Origin: an uncultured Spirochaetaceae bacterium
GTDB lineage: Bacteria; Spirochaetota; Spirochaetia; DSM-27196; PWMO01
Length of the DNA: 57,888 bases
Direction: 5' to 3'
NCBI GenBank assembly: GCA_964635245.1
Contig: CAZWNS010000006.1
Coordinates: 1 to 57,888 of the forward strand
The notes under the pieces are model-generated. The model ran no database searches and was not told the DNA's origin. It saw nothing but the letters and a program-made list of their open reading frames with translations. The position numbers and the translations under genes are program-made. Shown here one piece after another: positions 36,208-45,539 of this stretch (position 1 is its first letter; each line of letters begins with the position of its first letter).

Positions 36208-37053
36208 TCACTCTTTCCACGGGAAGATCATCCCTTTGAACGTGCGTTTTCCCACGCGCTCGCGATCATCCACGAGGAGACGGTCCCACGGAATCCGTCG
36301 CCGGTCGGCGTCGGGATGTTCCTCGAGATAGTCGTACTTCAGGAGCCGGAGCTTGAAGCCGGCCTGCAGCCAGATGACGGCACCGGCAGGGCCGGGCAGG
36401 AGGAATGCGGTGAACACCGACACACCCACGATGAGCACGAACCCGACGGCGCTGCCGAGCGCGTAGAGCGGATTGTCGAAGAGCACGAGGAAGCTCTTCT
36501 TGATGATCTTCTTGAAGTTGCGGTCCAGCCGTGTTCGCACCGGCAGAAAGAACTGGAGCCCCGCGTACCAGATGACCGCCGCCCAGAACAGGAGGGCCAG
36601 CGCCGCCGTCCCGAACAGGTTGTTCATGGCCGCGTAGGTCGGGATCGCGATGGTCAGCAGGAAAAGGGAGCCTATCATCATCGCGGCGTAGACCAGCCCC
36701 GCCGGCCAGAGCTCCCGCAGGTACTCGAGCATCGAGCTCCACTGCAGGCTGTGGTAGTCGGTGATGTCGCGCGCGGACATCGCGACGGCCGCCCCATACA
36801 CAAAGAGCAGCGCAACGCCGGCGAGAAGGATGATGACTCCAAGCACGGGAGCCGCCGGCTGAATTTCCGGTGCAAGGACGAACGCAATCGCGGCGACGGC
36901 GATGAATCCCAGGTTCAACAGGATCACTGCGAGAAAATGATCCCAGAAATCGAAGAATGCCTTCTTGATCCAGAATAGGGCCACGGGGCCGTTGTACCGC
37001 AAACACCGGGCTTTCGCAAGCCGCCGTGCGGTTTCGTCCCGGCGGGCGATCAT
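36208..37053 (-). CDS. Polytopic membrane protein, possibly DUF624/YesL-like
   Basis: 281 aa with about 6 TM helices (AVILLNLGFIAVAAIAF and others). The family assignment is tentative. Confidence 0.6.
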   Translation of the reverse strand: MIARRDETARRLAKARCLRYNGPVALFWIKKAFFDFWDHFLAVILLNLGFIAVAAIAFVLAPEIQPAAPVLGVIILLAGVALLFVYGAAVAMSARDITDYHSLQWSSMLEYLRELWPAGLVYAAMMIGSLFLLTIAIPTYAAMNNLFGTAALALLFWAAVIWYAGLQFFLPVRTRLDRNFKKIIKKSFLVLFDNPLYALGSAVGFVLIVGVSVFTAFLLPGPAGAVIWLQAGFKLRLLKYDYLEEHPDADRRRIPWDRLLVDDRERVGKRTFKGMIFPWKE

Positions 37054-37088
37054 GGTACCATGGCGTGAAAGGATGAGGGGAGTGCGGC

Positions 37089-38075
37089 ATGAACTACAGA
37101 CGATTGGGAAAGACGGACTTCGAGGTTTCGGAAGTCTCGCTCGGAACCTGGCAGGTCGGGGGCGGTTGGGGCGCGGAGTTCGACGAGGAGACGGCCGAGG
37201 AGATTCTGAACACGGCGATAGACCGCGGCATCAACTTCCTCGACACGGCGGATGTCTACGACGATCGCGCGAGCGAGGCGGCCGTCGGCCGAATCGCACG
37301 CTCGCGGCCCGAACAGGTGTATGTGGCGACGAAGTGCGGCAGACGCCTGCAGCCGCATGTGGCGGACAGCTACACGCCGGCCGCTCTGCGGGGGTTCGTC
37401 GAGGATAGCCTCTCGAATACGGGACTCGAGACGCTGGACCTCATCCAGCTCCACTGTCCGCCGACCGACGTGTACTATCGCCCCGAGGTATTCGAAGTCT
37501 TCGATCGCCTCCAGGACGAGGGGAAGATTCGAAACCTCGGCGTGTCGGTTGAAAAGGTGGAGGAGGGGCTCAAGGCGATAGAGTACCCCAACGTGGCCAC
37601 CGTGCAGATCATCTTCAATGTGTTTCGCCATCGGCCCGCCGAGCTCTTCTTCAGCGAGGCGCGGCGCCGCGACGTGGGCATCATCGTGCGTGTCCCCCTT
37701 GCGAGCGGGCTTCTCTCCGGAAAACTGGCACGCAGCAGTACCTTCGCAAACGGGGACCATCGCCGTTTCAATCGGGAGGGGGCCGCCTTCGACCGGGGCG
37801 AAACCTTCGCCGGTGTCCCCTTCGAGACCGGTCTCGACGCCGTGGAATCGCTGAAGATGCGCCTCGGTGATGAGCGGCCGTTGCCCATGCTTGCGCTGAA
37901 GTGGATTCTCATGCATGAGGAGGTGAGCACGGTGATTCCGGGCTCATCACGGCCGAGTCAGTTGGAGCAGAACGTAGAGGCCTCGGACACCGGGGACCTC
38001 ACACCGGAACAACTCGAGGTCGTACACGACGTCTACGAGCGCTATATCAAGGAGCACGTTCACCAGCGCTGGTAG
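37089..38075 (+). CDS. Aldo/keto reductase
   Basis: MNYRRLGKTDFEVSEVSLGTWQ, FLDTADVY, LDLIQLH and IPGSSRPSQLEQN are AKR signatures. GAGGGGAG is the Shine-Dalgarno-like stretch. Confidence 0.9.
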   Translation: MNYRRLGKTDFEVSEVSLGTWQVGGGWGAEFDEETAEEILNTAIDRGINFLDTADVYDDRASEAAVGRIARSRPEQVYVATKCGRRLQPHVADSYTPAALRGFVEDSLSNTGLETLDLIQLHCPPTDVYYRPEVFEVFDRLQDEGKIRNLGVSVEKVEEGLKAIEYPNVATVQIIFNVFRHRPAELFFSEARRRDVGIIVRVPLASGLLSGKLARSSTFANGDHRRFNREGAAFDRGETFAGVPFETGLDAVESLKMRLGDERPLPMLALKWILMHEEVSTVIPGSSRPSQLEQNVEASDTGDLTPEQLEVVHDVYERYIKEHVHQRW

Positions 38076-38841
38076 CGGCAAACCACGTATGAATCTCCCG
38101 AGCGACCCGCTCGCGGTCGACACCGTTCACCACGACGTGGTCACTTTCGACGAGATGGACCCGATGGGTGCGCGCGGCGCTCGTGCGCCGCTCGATGAGG
38201 TCGGCTACGCTCGTGGGCACCGTTTCGTCGGCATCGGATACCACCGTGAGCGTCGGAGCCGTAATCTCGGGTAATGTGCGTCGGGCCCGCTGTATGAGCC
38301 GGTGGAGCTCCCCCGCCGGTCGGACCCACTGGTACGAGTAATACTCGAGCTGCAGTTCCCGCTCCACCGGGTCTTCGCTGTCGGGCTCGTAGGGAACGCT
38401 CCACCTCGGGACGATCCGGCCGACGAGCGGGGCGAGCCACAGGTTCCACTTGCGCACCAACAGGGCCGGCGCACAGAGGGCAAGGGCGTCGGGCTGAAAC
38501 TGCGCGCCGAGAAGGGCGGCAAGCACGCCACCCATCGAGAGTCCGACGATATAGACCCGGTCATAGTCGGTGCGAAGGGTGAAATACGCGTCGGTTGCGC
38601 GGCGCAGCCACTGATCCGCGTTACTCTGCAGAAAGTCGGCCCCGTTCGTGCCGTGACCCGGCAGGCGGGGCACCGACACGGTGTAGCCATGGTTGTTGAG
38701 CTCGGTGGCCAGATAGACCATTTCTCCCGTGCGCCCGGTGAAGCCGTGAATGATCAGCACGGCCTCTCGACCTCCGGCGAAGAACCTCTCACGGCCGAAG
38801 GGATTGACGCGGGTGTCTGTGGGAATGCGGTGAATGTTCAT
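38047..38841 (-). CDS. Alpha/beta hydrolase (carboxylesterase / monoacylglycerol-lipase-like)
   Basis: Trimmed to the ATG at 38841 (MNIHRIP..). It has the oxyanion HGFTG, the nucleophile elbow GLSMGG, and a C-terminal ..SDH.. block. Its 3' end overlaps the AKR gene by 29 nt. Confidence 0.85.
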   Translation of the reverse strand: MNIHRIPTDTRVNPFGRERFFAGGREAVLIIHGFTGRTGEMVYLATELNNHGYTVSVPRLPGHGTNGADFLQSNADQWLRRATDAYFTLRTDYDRVYIVGLSMGGVLAALLGAQFQPDALALCAPALLVRKWNLWLAPLVGRIVPRWSVPYEPDSEDPVERELQLEYYSYQWVRPAGELHRLIQRARRTLPEITAPTLTVVSDADETVPTSVADLIERRTSAARTHRVHLVESDHVVVNGVDRERVAREIHTWFAATSAGERAP

Positions 38842-38905
38842 AGATATCGTTAGAATCCATGGCGCGGGCGGGCGTGTCAATGAGCGGTGGGGGCTCGCCT
38901 CGAGT

Positions 38906-38942
38906 TGCACGCCGCCGGCGGAGCGCCATGCACGCCGCCGGC
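38906..38942. repeat. Perfect 14-bp direct repeat TGCACGCCGCCGGC x2 (period 23 bp) in the divergent intergenic region upstream of the XRE gene
   Basis: The copies are at 38906-38919 and 38929-38942, read directly from the sequence. An operator role is inference. Confidence 0.5.
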
Positions 38943-38993
38943 ACATTGAGGGTCGACGCGCGCTCCTCCGAAGATGAGCGCAGAGCGTCGGAG

Positions 38994-39314
38994 ATGACAC
39001 GCCTACAACAGGTTATCGCGCGAAACGTAAAGCAGGCCCGAAAACGCATGGGGTTTTCCCAGGCCGACGTGGCACGGCGCGCCGGCATCTCCGATAGTTA
39101 CCTGAGCGAGATAGAACGAGCCCGCAGCAACCCCTCCGCCGACGCGCTCGAGCGTATCGCCGACACCCTCGGGTTGCGCGCGTATCAGCTTCTGCTCGAG
39201 GAGGACGAATGGGAGCTGCGTGATCGGCTCGAGACGGTGACCGACATGTATCGGGATCTGAAAGAGGAGCTGAACTCCGTGCTCGACGAAACACTCCGTC
39301 GTCACACGAAGTAG
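38994..39314 (+). CDS. XRE-family helix-turn-helix transcriptional regulator
   Basis: Trimmed to the ATG at 38994. IARNVKQARKRMGFSQADVARRAGISDSYLSEIERARSNPSADALERIADTL matches the HTH_3 pattern. The C-terminus is an acidic helix. Confidence 0.8.
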   Translation: MTRLQQVIARNVKQARKRMGFSQADVARRAGISDSYLSEIERARSNPSADALERIADTLGLRAYQLLLEEDEWELRDRLETVTDMYRDLKEELNSVLDETLRRHTK

Positions 39315-39352
39315 GTCAAGCCCTGGTGGGCCGATTCCGATCATCGTAAGCA

Positions 39353-40279
39353 GTGAAAGTCGGACTCTTTGCCAACGCCTCGGAAGAGCTGCCCATCGAG
39401 CCGCTGTTACGCTCGCTGTCGGACAACGGCATAAACGCCTCGCTGTACCGCGTCCGCGAGAGCTGGCGGGGTATGTCCATCGCGCACATCCGTGCCAATC
39501 TCGGTGAGGTCTCGCACCTGGTGCTGTGGGCCCGGGACCGAATGCCCCCGCAGACGTGGAGTTCCCTTCTTGCCGGGTACGCCATCGGAACGAGCAAGGG
39601 TCTCTATGTGCTCGCGCCGGCGGAGGTCGAGTTGGAGGAGTATCTCGAGGGCTTCAGGCGCCTCGAGACACCGGAGCGTCTCGCCGAGGAGTTGATCGGC
39701 GCCCGTTCGGAGTACGAGCATGCCCGTCTCATCGATAAGGCGCGGGAGGAGCTCATCTCGTCCGGCTTTGCCCTGACTGAAGCTACCCTCCTCGAGGCGG
39801 TGGGGCGGGGGAACGAGCGCGCCGCCCGCAACTTCCTCCTCCTCGGCTATTCCCCCAACGCGCGTGACGAGTCGGGCCTCCCCGCCCTGTTTCGCGCGGT
39901 GCGCAGCGGGAACCTCAACGTTGTGCGGCTGCTTGTCGACTACGGCGCTGATGTCAACGAGCAGAGCGGAGACCGCGGCACGAGCCCGCTCATGGAGGCG
40001 GCCGGCACCGGCCAGGTTGCCGTTACCCGGCAACTGCTCGAGGCCGGGGCCGACCCGGACATGGTCAGCACCTACGGCCAGAGCGCCGCGATACTCGCCG
40101 CAAGCGAGGGGCACGCCGACACCCTGAAGCTGCTGCTCGAGTGGAACGCGCGCACCGACCTCGTCGACCATCTCGGGATGACCGCCCTCAAGTACGCAAC
40201 GCTCTTCCACCACGACGAGGCGGCTCAGGCGCTCGAGGTTGACTACGCCGGAGGGGGGCAGTATGGTTATCCACGATGA
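39353..40279 (+). CDS. Ankyrin-repeat protein with an unassigned alpha/beta N-terminal domain
   Basis: GTG start. There are at least 4 ANK repeats (LPALFRAVRSGNLNVVRLLVDYGADVN, SPLMEAAGTGQVAVTRQLLEAGADPD, SAAILAASEGHADTLKLLLEWNA, MTALKYA). The N-terminal ~100 aa alternates strand and helix (KVGLFA.., HLVLWA.., GLYVLAP). Confidence 0.8.
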   Translation: MKVGLFANASEELPIEPLLRSLSDNGINASLYRVRESWRGMSIAHIRANLGEVSHLVLWARDRMPPQTWSSLLAGYAIGTSKGLYVLAPAEVELEEYLEGFRRLETPERLAEELIGARSEYEHARLIDKAREELISSGFALTEATLLEAVGRGNERAARNFLLLGYSPNARDESGLPALFRAVRSGNLNVVRLLVDYGADVNEQSGDRGTSPLMEAAGTGQVAVTRQLLEAGADPDMVSTYGQSAAILAASEGHADTLKLLLEWNARTDLVDHLGMTALKYATLFHHDEAAQALEVDYAGGGQYGYPR

Positions 40280-41064
40280 GCGATCGGGAGCCGCTCCACA
40301 TCTTTCATGTCGCCCGGCAAGACGGGACGTCTCTCTTTCTCCATCCGTTTCTCGACGGACAACGCGTCATGGAGCGCATGGAATCGCACCCGCTCGAGGG
40401 GCTCTACGGCCGGGAGCCCCGGGTGGAAGCTATCACACGGTTCCGCAACGATCTCTATCGCCTGATCGAGGATCAGGTGCGGGACTGGATCGGGGAGTCG
40501 CGCTTCATACCGCGGTTTCTGCTTGCCGCCGGCGTGTTTCTGATCGCTTTCGTTGTCCTCTCCGTCGCGGTCCGCGATCCGCTGCCGGTTCTCGATGAAA
40601 TCGGGCTTTCGCTCGCCGCGGCAATCGCGGCGTTCATCCTTCGCAAACGGCGGGATCTGCGCTCCGACGAGGCCCTCTCGAAGCGCATGAAGCTGCGCAC
40701 AAAGGTCGACGGCATCGTGTTCGGCGAGTCGGAGTTCGTAAAACGGCTCGAGGCCGTGCTGCACGAGGACGAGCGCGCCTCCGTAGAGGATGTTCTCGAG
40801 GCTCTGGCCGAAGGCGGCGAATCGTCGCTCGACACCGGCCTGAGCGGCGAAGCGCAGGAAGCCCTGTCCTACCTCAAGGCCCGGTTCAATACCCGCGACC
40901 ATCGCAAGCAGGAGAAGCGCTTGCTCGCCGCCGAACGCGGCGGGCTCAAAGACAGGGATCGGGACCATCTGCTCCAATGGGCGGGCAACGCGAACGTTGA
41001 CTTTCCGCTGTTTGCGCTCTACGTGCGCCTGAAACGGGAGTGTGCGAAACGGCCGACCGGCTGA
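40276..41064 (+). CDS. Hypothetical two-TM membrane protein, translationally coupled to the ankyrin gene
   Basis: Its ATG overlaps the ankyrin-gene stop (ATGA). The TM helices are FLLAAGVFLIAFVVLSVAV and IGLSLAAAIAAFIL. The C-terminal half is charged and helical. No family recognised. Confidence 0.6.
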   Translation: MSDREPLHIFHVARQDGTSLFLHPFLDGQRVMERMESHPLEGLYGREPRVEAITRFRNDLYRLIEDQVRDWIGESRFIPRFLLAAGVFLIAFVVLSVAVRDPLPVLDEIGLSLAAAIAAFILRKRRDLRSDEALSKRMKLRTKVDGIVFGESEFVKRLEAVLHEDERASVEDVLEALAEGGESSLDTGLSGEAQEALSYLKARFNTRDHRKQEKRLLAAERGGLKDRDRDHLLQWAGNANVDFPLFALYVRLKRECAKRPTG

Positions 41065-41069
41065 ACGGT

Positions 41070-42356
41070 CTATTCGGCGCTATCCTCGTCGGACTCGCTC
41101 GCCTCCTCGTCTCCAAAGAACTCGTCTTCCTCTCCGAGGCGAATGGACTCCATCTGTTCCTGGAGGGTGAGCATCGTGCGGGCGCTTGCCATCGTCTCCC
41201 GAGCAGGCTCGAAGGTTGGGTCGATCTCCAGCGCCCGGCGGCTAAGGGCGACGGTGCGCTCGATGTCGCCGTTCGCGTACGCCTCGATAGAGGTCAGGTA
41301 GAGGTCTTCCACGCGCGCCTGCCGCTCGGCCCGCCCCCGGTCTCCCAGGTCGAAGGAGGCCTGTACGCTGAACCGGTCGACGCTGCCGACTTGAGTCGCG
41401 AGGTCGAGGGTGTAGTTGAGCTGCAGCGCGACCGCGGGGAAGTCAATGGTGCTGCCGAGGGCGAAGCGAGGGTTCCCGCCTCTCAGCTGGAATCCGCTCT
41501 GGGCGGCAAGAAAGTCGGTTATCCGCACCGACGCTCCGCCGGCGTATGACGCGGGCTCGGCCGGTACGTCGGCGCCGAGGATAAAGGGATAGGTGTAGTC
41601 GAAGGCAAGCGTGAGGGGTTTTACCGGAACATAGGCAATGCCGCCGGTGGCATGCGAGGGAAGGGGCTCGTCGAGGACGGGCGGTCCCACGTTCCGGGCG
41701 ACAAGGCCTACCGAGAAGTTCTTCTCGCGCGACCGGTGAAACTTGGCGAGGTTGAACCGCGTGAGCAGACCGACGTCGCCCATAACACCGACCGCCGATT
41801 GACCGGGGGCGATCACCTCCGGAATACGCCGATAGGCCGTCTTGAGGTTTGCGCCGACTGCGATACCATGAAAGTCGAAGCCGTGGAGGAAGTTGTAGGA
41901 AACGTTCAGACCGGCTATGGTCTCGGTGTATCGGACGGCGTTTTGCTGCAGTCCGTACCTGTCGTATTCGGTGAAGGGAACGTGGAGGAACCTGGCCCCC
42001 GCGCCGATACCGAGATGTTCGAAACGGCTCGTGTAGACCAGCCCCTCCATGTTCGCATCCGCGATGAGGTTGTTATGCGCGATACTGAGCTCGGTGTGCT
42101 CCAGTCGCGAGCTCGCCGCGGGGTTGGCTTCCAGGAAACTATAGTCACGGGCAACAGCCGTATATGCAGAGGCCATCCCCTCCATCTCGCCCCCGAGGGG
42201 GATCAGGAGGGTGGGAAACGTGGTAAGCCCGGTGTTCTGCGGATCGCTCAACCCGCCGGAGTCGGCGAACTCGTACATGAAGTCCGGCAGGCCGATGGCA
42301 AATGAGGAGGTGGAGAGAACCACACATATCGTTATGACGAGCGAAAGTCGTTTCAT
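41070..42356 (-). CDS. Outer-membrane beta-barrel protein, FadL/UPF0164-like, with TPR-like helical C-terminal extension and acidic tail
   Basis: The signal peptide is MKRLSLVITICVVLSTSSFA. About 330 aa show alternating amphipathic strands. The C-terminus has EDLYLTSIEAYANGDIERTVALSRRALEIDPTFEPAR (TPR-like) and ends EEASESDEDSAE. The family call rests on resemblance to treponemal FadL-like OMPs and is tentative. Confidence 0.6.
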   Translation of the reverse strand: MKRLSLVITICVVLSTSSFAIGLPDFMYEFADSGGLSDPQNTGLTTFPTLLIPLGGEMEGMASAYTAVARDYSFLEANPAASSRLEHTELSIAHNNLIADANMEGLVYTSRFEHLGIGAGARFLHVPFTEYDRYGLQQNAVRYTETIAGLNVSYNFLHGFDFHGIAVGANLKTAYRRIPEVIAPGQSAVGVMGDVGLLTRFNLAKFHRSREKNFSVGLVARNVGPPVLDEPLPSHATGGIAYVPVKPLTLAFDYTYPFILGADVPAEPASYAGGASVRITDFLAAQSGFQLRGGNPRFALGSTIDFPAVALQLNYTLDLATQVGSVDRFSVQASFDLGDRGRAERQARVEDLYLTSIEAYANGDIERTVALSRRALEIDPTFEPARETMASARTMLTLQEQMESIRLGEEDEFFGDEEASESDEDSAE

Positions 42357-42367
42357 CTGCGTGGTAT

Positions 42368-42396
42368 ATAATATCTCGGGGAGGGGATTGTTTCAA
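42368..42396 (-). promoter_or_regulatory. Candidate promoter for the OMP gene giving a very short or absent leader
   Basis: On the minus strand, TTGAAA (42396-42391) is followed by a 17-nt spacer and TATTAT (42373-42368). This lies 11 nt upstream of the ATG at 42356, and there is no Shine-Dalgarno sequence. Confidence 0.5.
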
Positions 42397-42518
42397 TTTG
42401 CAGATATTCCATGCATTTCAAATGTCGACATCGTTAGGCCGAATCCGTAGCCTGTCGATACCCAGTATAGGGTAGCTCGAGGAGGGGATTCCTGACGTAC
42501 CCCCGGGTACCGACGATA

Positions 42519-45500
42519 GTGCTGATTCTTCTCACTCTGTGTTCGATCGTCGGGACAGGTACGCTCTCGGCTGCGGGCGGGCAGGAGGCGGGAGCGGCGG
42601 TCGACGACCCCATCGAGGAAGCGAACCGGCTCGTGGAGGAAGGGCGGCTGAATGAGGCCATGCTGACACTCGAGGCGGCTGTGCGCGAGAACCCGGACCT
42701 CATCGAAGAGTCCGAAAAGGTCATGGACCGGATCCGGAGCCAGCGCGAGGAGTACAACGAGGAGTTCGAACGACTCATCGACAATCTCATAAACAGTCCC
42801 GACCAGATCGAGCGGACCCTGGCCATCATCGACCGCATGGAGCGGCTCGACCGCTTCCCGAACGAACGGGTGGCCGACCAAGTGAGTGAGGCACGCGTCA
42901 TCGCTCAGCTTGCCTACGACAGAGACCGTGCCGCGACCATCATGCGCGAAGCGGCCCGGTTGATAGACGAGGAGCGGTACGCGGACGCCGTCGAGCGCTA
43001 TCTGTCGGGCTTCGATCTTCAGCGCGAGCGTTTCGAGGAGCGAGAGTACGGGAACATCTTCGTGAATAGCGTGGAGGAGTCGATCGAGGAGGTTCGCGGG
43101 AGCGCGGAGGCGTTCATAGAGACCGCCCCGGAGCTTCAGGGCGATGTGACCGCCCTCGAGGACGCCGCGGAGAGCGACACGATAGAGGAGATCGATACAC
43201 TCCTCGACAACTATGCCGACGTGTTCGGCCGCGTCGGCACGCGGCTCGAGAGTGTTGAGGAGGGCGCGGCGCAACTCGCCGAGCATGATGAAGAGGTGGC
43301 GTCCATCGATCCCGACGACCCGGTCGACTGGCATATACGGCTCATCCGGCGATTCGCGGCCGGTCGGGCGGATGTGGCGGAGCCGGACGGCATTACGGGA
43401 GCGCTCGAAACCGCGCGCACGAGGTCCAGGTTCGATCTCGCGCGGGCATTCGCCGGTCGGGCCGACGTACACATCGACCGCGGTGTGGCGGCCGCGGAGG
43501 AGCGGTCGTGGGAACGGGCGATGGAGGAGCTGGACGTCGCCCGTATCCAGGCGGACGCGAGTGTGCGCCTTGCCGTCATGGGGACGGATGCCGAGACCGA
43601 CGACGAGTTCGAAGAGGCGGCGGTGCAGCTGCCGGATTCGCTCGAGGGCCTCTACGCGGACGGGCATGTTCGCCGGCAAACGGCGATTTCCCGTCAAACA
43701 CTTGCCGATATCATGGCCGAGGTCGACGCGCAGCGGGTGGACCCGGCGGACACCGAAGACCTCGATGTGCTTTCCGAGGCAAAGGCGGCGATGGCCGCCC
43801 GCGTGAGCGAGGTGCGTGAGCTCTCCGCGGGCCTGCAGCAGATGATCGCCTCCTACCGGACTATCGATGAGGAGGCGCTGAGCGAGGACGCCGAGGCCCA
43901 CCTGACCCGTAGCGAGCGCGCGGTCTCGGACCGGGAAGGTGAGGTCATCGAGTACGAGGTTTCCACCCTCGACCGCATCGCCGGGCTCCGTTTCACGCGC
44001 TTCACCGATGGGTTCGACCGCGGGCGCGAGGACTATCGTTCGGGTATCGACTTCCTCGAGGGCGTTGACGAGGTCGTTGAACAGGTAACGGGCGTCGACG
44101 GAGAACAGGAAGAGGTTGCGGTTACCTATCGGTATCCGGATCGCGCGCTCGAGCAATTCCTCGCCGTGCAGGACGACGTACAGACGCTCCGCGATGAGGT
44201 AGCGGACGCACTTGAGTCCTATCGCGGCGAAGACGAGTATGTGCTGGGCGAACAGCGCATCGAAGACCGGATCGCCGACACCGCGGCGCTTCTCGAAGAC
44301 ATCGACGAGTTGGCGGAGCAGATTGCATCCCGGATTACGAGTGCGCGGGACCAGATCGCCCGGGCGGAGGAATTGCGGGACGAGGGCGACGGCCTCGTGG
44401 CACAGACCCGGCAGGCCATTAACAATCTGCAGGTGGAGCGCGCGCGCGAGCTGTGGGAGGAGGCGAGGCGGCGGTACTTCGAGTCTCTGGAGTTGCAGCA
44501 GGACGCGGCGTTTCGCGATGAGGCGGATGAGCTGATAACCGCCCTCGGTGCGGAGATTCAGGAGGCACGCAACCGCCGCATCGTCGAGCAGGTTCGCGAT
44601 CGGATAGACCGCGCCGACGCCCGCTACGAGCAGGAGGACTATCAGCGGGCGTTCGAGCTGTTGACCGAGGCGCGCGATCTGTGGGAACAGACCAACGTGC
44701 AGCCCAACCCGGAAATCGAGCGCCTTCTTCGATTCGTCAACGCGGCTCTGAATCTCGAGAACACGCGCACACTCGCCGAGACCGAGCCCCTCTATCCGGT
44801 TCTGTCGGGCTACCTCAACCTCGCCCGCCGGGACTTCAACGAGGCTCAGGCAGAGGTCGAGGGGGACGGTGAGAGCCCACCGCAGCAGCTTCTTGCCCGG
44901 GCGGAGGAAAACGTGGACAACGTCACCGCAGTCCGCCCGTACAACTGGGAAGCGCGCATACTCAAGCTGAGGATTCTCAGACTCAGGGACTCCGATAACT
45001 TCGACGAGGTTTTCGAGCGGCGCTTCGAGGAGGCCCTCGACCGGAAGGATGACGACCCGCAGGAGGCACTGACCGCCTTCGAGACACTTGCCGCCATCAA
45101 CCCGGACTATCCGGGCCTTCAGGACGAGATTGTTGAGCTCGAGATCGATCTCGGTATCCGGCCGGACCCGGTGACCGAGGCGCAGATCAACGAGTCGAAC
45201 CGTCTCCTGAACCAGGCGCGCGAGGTCGCCGCCGGGGCAGGTGAGGCGCAGCGGCAGGCGGCAATGTCGATCCTCGAAGAGGCGGTCACCCTCAACCCGG
45301 ACAATCGCGAGGCGCAGATCCTCCTCGATCGACTGCGCATACAGAGCGGCGGCGAGGCAACGGTCGCTCTCTCCTCGGCAGAGGAGCAGCAGCTCCGTCG
45401 CGCGGAGACGCTCTTCATCGAGGATAATGCCGCACAGGCCTACGCCATCGTGCAGCAGCTGCTGCGCGATGAGGACAACCAGCGCTATCCGCCGCTTCTC

Positions 45501-45539
45501 GATCTCGAAGAGCGCATTGCCGAGAGGCTCGGCCTATGA
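42519..45539 (+). CDS. Large acidic helical/TPR-like secreted or lipid-anchored protein (1006 aa)
   Basis: The hydrophobic N-terminus is LILLTLCSIVGTG (possible spirochaetal-type lipobox). Sequence is Glu/Arg-rich and helical throughout, with TPR-like C-terminal repeats (AINPDYPG.., VTLNPDNREAQ..). The GTG start is uncertain: an in-frame CTG at 42492 lies 6 nt after GGAGG. Confidence 0.7.
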   Translation: MLILLTLCSIVGTGTLSAAGGQEAGAAVDDPIEEANRLVEEGRLNEAMLTLEAAVRENPDLIEESEKVMDRIRSQREEYNEEFERLIDNLINSPDQIERTLAIIDRMERLDRFPNERVADQVSEARVIAQLAYDRDRAATIMREAARLIDEERYADAVERYLSGFDLQRERFEEREYGNIFVNSVEESIEEVRGSAEAFIETAPELQGDVTALEDAAESDTIEEIDTLLDNYADVFGRVGTRLESVEEGAAQLAEHDEEVASIDPDDPVDWHIRLIRRFAAGRADVAEPDGITGALETARTRSRFDLARAFAGRADVHIDRGVAAAEERSWERAMEELDVARIQADASVRLAVMGTDAETDDEFEEAAVQLPDSLEGLYADGHVRRQTAISRQTLADIMAEVDAQRVDPADTEDLDVLSEAKAAMAARVSEVRELSAGLQQMIASYRTIDEEALSEDAEAHLTRSERAVSDREGEVIEYEVSTLDRIAGLRFTRFTDGFDRGREDYRSGIDFLEGVDEVVEQVTGVDGEQEEVAVTYRYPDRALEQFLAVQDDVQTLRDEVADALESYRGEDEYVLGEQRIEDRIADTAALLEDIDELAEQIASRITSARDQIARAEELRDEGDGLVAQTRQAINNLQVERARELWEEARRRYFESLELQQDAAFRDEADELITALGAEIQEARNRRIVEQVRDRIDRADARYEQEDYQRAFELLTEARDLWEQTNVQPNPEIERLLRFVNAALNLENTRTLAETEPLYPVLSGYLNLARRDFNEAQAEVEGDGESPPQQLLARAEENVDNVTAVRPYNWEARILKLRILRLRDSDNFDEVFERRFEEALDRKDDDPQEALTAFETLAAINPDYPGLQDEIVELEIDLGIRPDPVTEAQINESNRLLNQAREVAAGAGEAQRQAAMSILEEAVTLNPDNREAQILLDRLRIQSGGEATVALSSAEEQQLRRAETLFIEDNAAQAYAIVQQLLRDEDNQRYPPLLDLEERIAERLGL

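Noticed and set aside
42380-42490. 10-nt direct repeat GGAGGGGATT at 42380-42389 and 42481-42490 in the divergent region between the OMP gene and the large operon
   Set aside because: One copy falls in the spacer of the predicted minus-strand promoter. The other looks like a Shine-Dalgarno site for a possible CTG start. A 10-mer match of purine-rich SD-like sequence could be chance, so it is noted only as context.
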